From Bispira polyomma (lineage: Eukaryota), in contig OZ287759.1 in NCBI GenBank assembly GCA_965649765.1, positions 13,020,001 to 13,084,000 on the forward strand: a stretch of 64,000 nt of DNA. Direction: 5' to 3'. The notes under the pieces are model-generated. The model ran no database searches, had not been told where the DNA came from, and worked only from the letters and a program-made list of their open reading frames with translations. A program made the translations under genes and the position numbers. This document shows positions 52,601-61,600 of this stretch, one piece after another. Positions within the stretch are counted from its first letter, which is position 1. Every line of letters begins with the position of its first letter.

Positions 52601-55600
52601 TTTAGTATAAAACAAATGGGAAGATGTAAATATAGGAAAGGAGGGGGGCGTAAAAGTGTGTTCATTATCAATCAAACAGTGGAAGTTCAGATAACACTGA
52701 CAACACTTGATACTGTGTAGACATAGAAGCAACTATAAAAAAATACTATTGACATCAATACCGGCACTAGTTCCAGATAAGTTGATATAACAATATACAA
52801 ATAATCAAAATTTATCCTTTCTTGGAATCTCATCATTGGACTAAAACTTTTTACTCTGTCAGATAAATTTTTAATACAACCTTTAGTTAGCATTAAAGTT
52901 TTCAATACATGATAATTAACAGACTTTTAAATATTAATTACAACTTCTATAACTGCCACATACTTCACCAGATTGTTTGTACTGCCGGAGTGTAGACACA
53001 CTTTCTCATCATTTATATAAATGTAAATAAAGTATGAAATTCCTGAAAAAATTGGAGGATTGGATCCGCAGTTACCTAAACACAAAGTTTAACTTTACTG
53101 TATGTGTAAGTAATATTTGGAATACCTTATACACATGATCCTATATTAGAAACCATAAATTATATTTGAACTCCTGGAAAATAGTTTATTAATAAAAAAG
53201 AACAAAAAAGAGTAGTCTAATATTTTTTAAATTTATTTTAGTCTTGAAAGAAAAATTAAAAGTTAAATGCCTAAAGGAATTACAATAGACAAAAATTATT
53301 ATTATAACTTGTTATACATGAGCTAATCAATGTCACTTAATGTGTCACAACATGCAATAGAAATAGATAATCTAATAATAACACAATACAAATCATTTTG
53401 TAGTAGTCTTATTATTAAAAAGTGAGGTGTAAACATATGAATTGCAGTATATTTAAATTGTTTAATATTTTGTATCAGTAATTAATATTAAGTGTTTCAA
53501 ATTTAGTAACTAATATAGTGCTCCCCGAAACTGAATATTTGTTTGATTTCTGAAAGAGTGACTAAAATATAACTCTTAATGACCTGACCACTAAAAGTTA
53601 AGGGCTTTACAGACCACCCACTACACGACACTACATAAAGATAGAAACAAGACAATATATATATATTGATTTCGACTGGTTCCAGCATGACACTACACCT
53701 CACTGCACAACACTGCAATTTGCCTTGGATGAATCTCTGAAAAACTTTGCACTGTGTCGTGTGCCGTGTCGTGTCATGGGCGGTTTGTGAAGCCCTTCAG
53801 ACTGTGAGGGTTTTAGCTGAGTAAATACTGTCATATACTGACACATTTCTTTACATTTTACACATTGAATTGTATTTTGGAAACTATATATATCTATATG
53901 TTTATTATCATTTGAAAAATAGATTATAACAAATTCTGAAAACTAAACAACTTTATAATGCATTGGAGATGTTAACAATTGTATTTTGTCTGTTTGTTTG
54001 TTCAGATTTTGTCTCTGCCTCCCCACGGATGGATTTAGTCGGCTCGGTGAGTATGTTTAAATATAGTTGACCACACTTGGACAATAGTGTAGAGTATGTT
54101 CATATTTAGCAATATCCAGCCCATACATATTGGAAAGAGGAAAAATATGTCCTCATATTCAAAAATGGAAGCTCCAGGGGCAAGCAAAAGGTTGTTACCC
54201 AAAAAGCATCCACCGCGGAAGAGACTAAAGAAGGGAGGTAGGCCAGTCTGAAAATGTCGGTTTTGGCATGGCTTTTGAAACTGGTGATTTTATTAGTATT
54301 GGTGACGGACAGGTTATTCCTTGGAGCCAGTTAGCTCCCCCTAAACAAATTGTAATGAAGATATTCCACATGTCTATTATTTTTAAATGTAAAAACTAGA
54401 ATCCATGCATCAAAATGAACCATGGTTTGGCCTGCCCTTGGTTTTTCTACTGAAAATTAGTCACAAATGGCTAGCAAAGTTTGGAGAGTTTTACTATTGT
54501 ATACAGGTTATATATGTATGTGTACTTTGCATCTGTTTTGCAGGTCAATTTTTATGAAATCAAGTATGGCAGGTTTTTCTCACTAGGCGTCAGGTTAACA
54601 GGTGAACAGATGGGAGAATACTTTGGCTATAGTCTGACCGTGGGAGACTTCAACGGAGACGGGTACTAAGTTACTAATATTACAGCTCAGCAGAAAATCC
54701 TATGATTTTATTCGATTAGAAGTGGTCACGTGTGTACTATTCCAATCTGGAGTTTATCTAAAATAAATACCCTCAATTTGAGAGCATTTAGTTCATATAG
54801 TGACCTCGGTTGTTTTTTTCCCAATTAGTCACACTTTAAAGTAACACATTGACCACAACTTTCATAATTTATCACTGAAAACAGTTAAAACGTTACATAG
54901 AGATTTTTTGCTATCATATACACTTAACACTTTTCTTTTAAATGTTAAATATGGCTATTTCTTCTAAATATATCATGGCTCTGAATAAGCAAATGTAATT
55001 CGTGAGATCTTATCTTTTTCGATACTACCAAAATCTGCTATTGTATAGAAAACAAATGATAAATTATATCTCCTGTCTCAGTACTACAACATTTGGCTGT
55101 AAGGACAATAGATCTCCTAGAGAGAAATCATATAATATTATTATTGTTATTATTATGTATTTTTAACGTGCTTTATTGAAGCTAGGCATCTTTTAAAGTG
55201 CAATAGCAGGATCAGTGATCCAATCGTCTGATCCATGGACATATCAAGTGGCAAGGAACAATGTGAGTGTGTAAAGGAGGGAAACTATAGTGGGAAGGCA
55301 AAGTTAAAAAGATGGGTTTTAAGCTTTTTCCTAAATAACAAATAACAATAACAACTACTTTGATATGAAAATGACATGTCCTATGTCATATAACCAACAG
55401 ATAACATAGCCCATGTCACATCGACATCAAATGACACAGCCTGTGTTATATAACCAACAAGTGACACCGCCCTTGTCAAATAGCCGCCAACAGACATACC
55501 CCATGTCATATAACCACCAAATAAGAGGGGGCCGCGGTGGCCTAGTGGTTAGCAAGCATTGCGCTTCACAATCACTGGTCTCTCACCTCTGGGCGGCGTG

Positions 55601-58600
55601 AGTTCGAATCTCGTCGATGCCTATGTGAGAAAGGTGGTAGTTCCTTACTGTGGGCCGCTGGTTTCAGTGTAGAACCTTGACCGACTGTATGCAGTGTTTC
55701 CTCCAGCATTTCCAACTACCAGTCCCAATATAACCTACTAAAAGGTACTAGAGTGGACGTTAAATATCCAATTTCAAATTCAAAACCACCAAATAAGACT
55801 AAGACAGTTAATTTAAGTGAAAAGGAGAGCTCCGATTTAGCTTATTTAGTATATTATTTGGACAGCTTTATTCATTTGTTGAAAATTTAATTTATGTATC
55901 AAACTATAATTTGTTTGCCACATTTGGTTTTATCAAAGCAAAAATACTAAATACCTGATTAGCACAGAACTGTAATATTTTCTCTTTCATTTTGCCAGTA
56001 AAAAATCCTCTATGAAGGTTTTTCTGTTTTATGGCTTGTGTCTTTAAATTTTTTGTTCTTCAACTAGATTACACCAACATTACAAACACATTTTATAGGA
56101 TTTTTTGTGGAAGGGTAACTTCTACTTTTACCAAATTTAAAACAGTATCTGTGGGTGTCAGGACCTGAAAATAGTTTTTTTTAAAAATTAGATTAGGTTA
56201 GACCTGTTTGCTTCAAAATAGCTTTCATCACATCTTATGTCCTATCACCACTGGTAGTTAACTGGTGGAGGAAACCTGATCAAGCAGGGACGACGTATCA
56301 ATTTAATGACAGAAAAAAGCATAACAGAAACAAAACACATTCTCACTTACAAAGGTGCAACACTCCTATTTCTTACCTTTTCAGACTGGCCTAAACCCCT
56401 CCTTAGTCACCCTTGCCTTGGTGGATGCTTTCTCGTAACAACGTTTTGCTTGCTCCTTAGAGCATGTTCCCATCAATTAGGCGCTATATAACTGTTTCAA
56501 TTAGTATTATTATTATTATTATACAGGTTCGATGACCTTGCAGTTGGTGCCCCAATGTATTCGGTCTACCAACAAAATCTCTATGAAGTAGGACGGGTCT
56601 ACGTATTCTACCAGTCTGAGCAAGTAAGTGTAATCCACTGCATATTTATTATATCCTTTGTTTTAGATACTATAAAATGGTCTAAATTTAGTATCCACAA
56701 ATTGAATTATATGTTAAATGTTTCGTGCACTGAGTAACCTCAGATGATGAAAAACTGATGGTCTACATTCGAATATATAATTAGGCTTTGTATATATGTT
56801 CTATTTGTTCCATGTATTCTTGTGACTGTGTTTTGTTTTTTTTCGTTTTTTTCTTTTTACTTTGTAATGTACAAATTTATTGTATGAGCAAGAAATGAAA
56901 TGAACTAAAGTTCACCATGTTACTGTATGAGCTAAAAGGCCAAGGCCTGATAGTCCAGATAAACACAACAACTATATGCACAGAAGTATTGATTTTGCTC
57001 ACTAAATTGATAAATACACTTGTAGAGTATTCTATTCATAGCTAAAATGTACACATATTCCCTGTATAGTACATAAGTCATATAATGATGTGTTTCTAAG
57101 TAGGGGGGTAGGCCAGTCTGAAAAGGTAAGTTTGATACATAGCATCTTATTTGCGACATGTTGTTGTCATTATAATCAGAGTTGTTTTACATGTATAGAT
57201 AGGCTTTGATGAAGAAAAAACAATTCTACAAGAGTCATTGCAAGACCAGAGTAGGTTTGGGCTGGCAGTGGCAAGTGCGGGAGACCTCAATGATGATGAT
57301 TACGGAGGTGGGTGTAATCTACACTTATCGTAATAGTAAAACCATTATTACAGTAAAGGTCCATGGCACCCAATCAACTTGTGCACTATAAAGAGGCACA
57401 TACTTGAGGGACATACTTGAGGTATGAATGGACCTAATGTGTATCATAATGTATATTTGAATTTGGATAATTATCGTCCACTCTAGTACCGGTTTAGGTT
57501 ATATTGGGACGGGTAGTTGGAAACGCTGGAGGAAACACTGCATACAGTTGATCAAGGTTCTGCACTGAAACCAGCGGCCCACAGTAAGGAACTACCACCT
57601 TTCCCACTTAGGCATCGACGGGAGACCGAATGTGTATCGTAATGTGTTACTGTATATCGTGAATAGTAGGTAGTTATTTAAAAATCGCAGCTTATGGGCA
57701 GAAAATAATCAGAGTTGGAAAAGATATGTTACCATTACCATTGGTGGCTTAGTGGGTAGCAAACTCATGTAGTAACTTGGAAGATCTGAGTTCTGTCCCA
57801 GAAAGCTACAGATGCACAGTGGCTTAAATAACTACGGAATATGGTGGTCATATGTCATCGGTTACTTCGTCCAATGGCAGGCCGATGACATTGAGTTTGT
57901 TTTTATGAAATGGTGTCATCATCAAGCCTCTTTATAATACATATGTGTGCCAGTACCTTTTAAGAATATTGCAATAACTGGTGAAATTACCTTGATAATG
58001 CTTTAATAATAATAATAATAGTTTATTTTCGTACTCGTAGTACATCGTATATACATAAATGACAAACAGACAATAAAACAGACTAACTAATATCACTAAT
58101 ATCAAAAAAACTAATATCACTTGCCTCTTCTTTAATATCACTGGCCTCTTTTCTCATATCACTAGCCCATTCTTTTATATTACTAGCCTCTTCTCTCATA
58201 TCACTAGCCCATTCTTTTATATCACTTGCTTCTTCTCTCATATGACAAGCCATATCACTAGCTCCTTCTTCAATATCACAAGCCCCTTCTTTAATATCAC
58301 TAGCCTCTCCTTTCATATCACTAGCCCCTTATTTTATATCACTAAGCTCTTATTTCATATCATAAGCCTCTTATTTCATATCATATCACAAGCCTCTTAT
58401 TTTATATTATAACACAAGCCTCTTATTTCATATCACCAGCCTCTCATTTATAAACGAAGAGGCTAGTGATATGAAAAAAGGGGAAAGTGATATGAAAGAA
58501 TTTAACTTTGAAGTTAAATATCCCAATTCAAATTCTTTCATATCACTTTCCCCTTCTTTCATATCACTAGCCTCTTCGTTTATATTACTAGCCTCTTCTC

Positions 58601-61600
58601 TCATATCACAAGCCATATCACAAGCCTCTTCTTTCATGTCACAAGCCTCTTCTTTCATATCACTAGCCCCGCATTTTATATCACTAACCTCGTATTTTAT
58701 ATCGTAAGCCTCTTATTTCATATCATATCACAAGCCTCTTATTTCATATCACCAGCCTCTCATTTCATATCACAAGCCTCTTCTTTTATATTACAAGCCT
58801 CTTATTTCATATCACTAGCCCCGTATTTTATATCACTAACCTCGTATTTTATATCGTAAGCCTCTTATTTCATATCATATCACAAGCCTCTTATTTCATA
58901 TCACCAGCCTCTCATTTCATATCACAAGCCTCTTCTTTTATATTACAAGCCTCTTCTTTCATATCACTAGCCCCGTATTTTATATCACTAACCTCGTATT
59001 TTATATCGTAAGCCTCTTATTTCATATCATATCACAAGCCTCTTATTTCATATCACCAGCCTCTCATTTCATATCACAAGCCTCTTCTTTTATATTACAA
59101 GCCTCTTATTTCATATCATATTACAAGCCTCTTATATCATATCACCAGCCTCTTATTTAATAACACTAGCCTCTCAGCTCTGAAAACAGTCTGTTCGACT
59201 CCCACTTCTACCTTTATGTGGAAATGTACCTTCCACAGGTATCTTCCGTAAGTTTGTGCTTTCCAGTACGAATACTATTGGTTACCTCCACCGATAAATC
59301 TGGCATTCACAATATGATCAGATATGTTAAAAGCGATGTAGAAACCCAAAAATAAATTCAAATCATAATTTTTAGATCTCATCGTTGGGGCCCCATATGG
59401 TGGTAAAGATCAGAAAGGAGTTGTGTACGTGTACTATGGATCTATATCTGGCCTAAGACCAAAGGTGTCTCAGATAATACACGGGGCTGACTTCAACTCT
59501 GACATCTCACTCTTTGGGTACTCTTTGACCGGGGGACTGGACCAAGACAGGAATGGATATAAAGGTATGGACACCTGGTTATAGGATTATTTTAAAGGCA
59601 TATCACATGAAAAAAACTATAGATATGAGATGGATCTGCCTGAAAGTCTTTAAGTCTAAGACAAAAAGAACTTCAAAGTTTCAAGTGGCTATTCACAAAA
59701 CATTGGCTCAACATGAGTCAAATTTTAATAATGTTTAATAATTTATAATAATGTTCAACTTAAATTTCATTTTGGTATAAATGTGCCACTCTTGTCACAA
59801 GCAAATCATCTTTTTAAACGTTTTAAGAGGTTTTTTTAAAATATTTATTTATTGTTATTATGATCTTATATGATGCAGTTGAACCTTTCCCATAGACCCC
59901 AAAAAAATAAAAATAAAAACAGAAATAAAACCTAGGCCTGGCTACCCTTGAATATTGCCGGCATTTTGCCAAAAGAGGATCATAGAAGCATATATGCTAA
60001 GGATGATCAGTTGTACACCTCCAGTCAGGGTGAAATGCCTAGTATATTTACTTCATATATATTTATTCATTTCATAAGTATCCCTTGTTCTGGCTCACAG
60101 AGGGCTTACATACAGCATTCAACAATAATAAGGCTTATTTAATTGGATATATTTGCATTCCTCTTTGGTTATTTCCACCAATATTTAAAGAAAATAGTGG
60201 GCATTTTTCCTTGTTTGATTTTTTTTTTTTATATCATATGCAAATTCGTGCTAAGCTAGAAGAAGATAATAAATTCAAGATGATTGATTTTACAGATGTC
60301 TCAATCGGAGCGTTTGGGTCAAACACGGCAATCTCCCTGAGATCTCGTCCAGTGGTGAGAGTTTCATTGCAAATGAATCTTACAACAAACATAGTGGACC
60401 TACAAAAGAAGGACTGTACTTTGTCAACTGGAAAAGATGTGTCCTGGTAATATTTTCCACTGTCAACTTAGTATGATATTGATAGACAGACAAATACCCT
60501 TAAAAGACAACTCTGTGAATCCCCTTTGGTGCTTCTTTTAAAAGCTACTGAAAAACTTTCTAAATAACAGGCTTTTCTCTTAGTACCTTGACGATCCAGT
60601 CATTAGGGATCGACTGTATGAATTCACCCATGCTAGAATTTATTTTATATATTTACTCCTCAATGTTGAGGGGCCGATGCGGAGGCCTAATCATTATAAG
60701 CATCTGCTTTAAAATCACCAGCCTCATACCTCCCACAGATTCCTTCTTCATATGAGAAAATTTGCCAGGTACTTGTCAGGTCGTTGGTTTACAGTGCTTT
60801 ACCACCGGTTTCCCCCAGCACTAATCCTGGCCTCGCAATATGACCAAAGCTGTTGAAAGCAACATGAAACCCAAATTAATTAAAATTACTCCTTGATGTT
60901 ATCAATTTATCTGCTAGACTGCTACTGTGGCCTAGTGGGTAAACTGGGTTTGATTCCAACCTGGGATTCCCAGGTACATGTAGATACATAGTGGCTCGCA
61001 TGACCACTTAAAATGACGGTCCTCCTTCATTGGGTCCTAAAATTGGTAAGTGGCAGGGACATTGATCAATGTTGCCATTCTCGAGTCTGTGGATTCTGGT
61101 GCTAAATATGAATTTTAGAAATTATGTTACTGTTTTATTATCAGATTATATTTCTCCCTAAAACTGTTACATACTGAAAAATACCATTGAAGCAATTTGA
61201 GATGAAACTTTACATTATAATGTACTGTATGTTGTTTCTTTATTCTTTAGCTTTTCCTTTACTCCATGCATATCATTCAAAGGGTATAATGCACCAAGAA
61301 GAATAGGTAAGTATAAGTCATTGTCCAACTACTCAGAATAAACATAGTGGCTTCATAGCCATAGAATAAATCTCTATAACTAAAGAATAAAAGGCTGATA
61401 ATAAGATAATATGGGAATCTATAGACAATATGGGAATCTATAGACTACTATTTTAGGGCTATATATAGGATTTACACAATACAATATCAGGGTTGTGTGG
61501 TCATTTTATACATACCAATGCTAAGGCTATATGAGGGCTATGTCAGGAACAATTGCAAGGCGGTATGTGGATTTATCAAGAACAATGTCAGGGTTGTCTG

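Noticed and set aside
58083-58707. Acidic heptad-like ORFs (MKEEASD)n suggesting a coiled-coil protein
   Set aside because: By-product of a 21-bp intronic minisatellite; frame broken by 26-bp units and the inversion; no splice context
58100-59173. CRISPR-like array
   Set aside because: Contiguous tandem units with no unique spacers, no cas genes, eukaryotic intron
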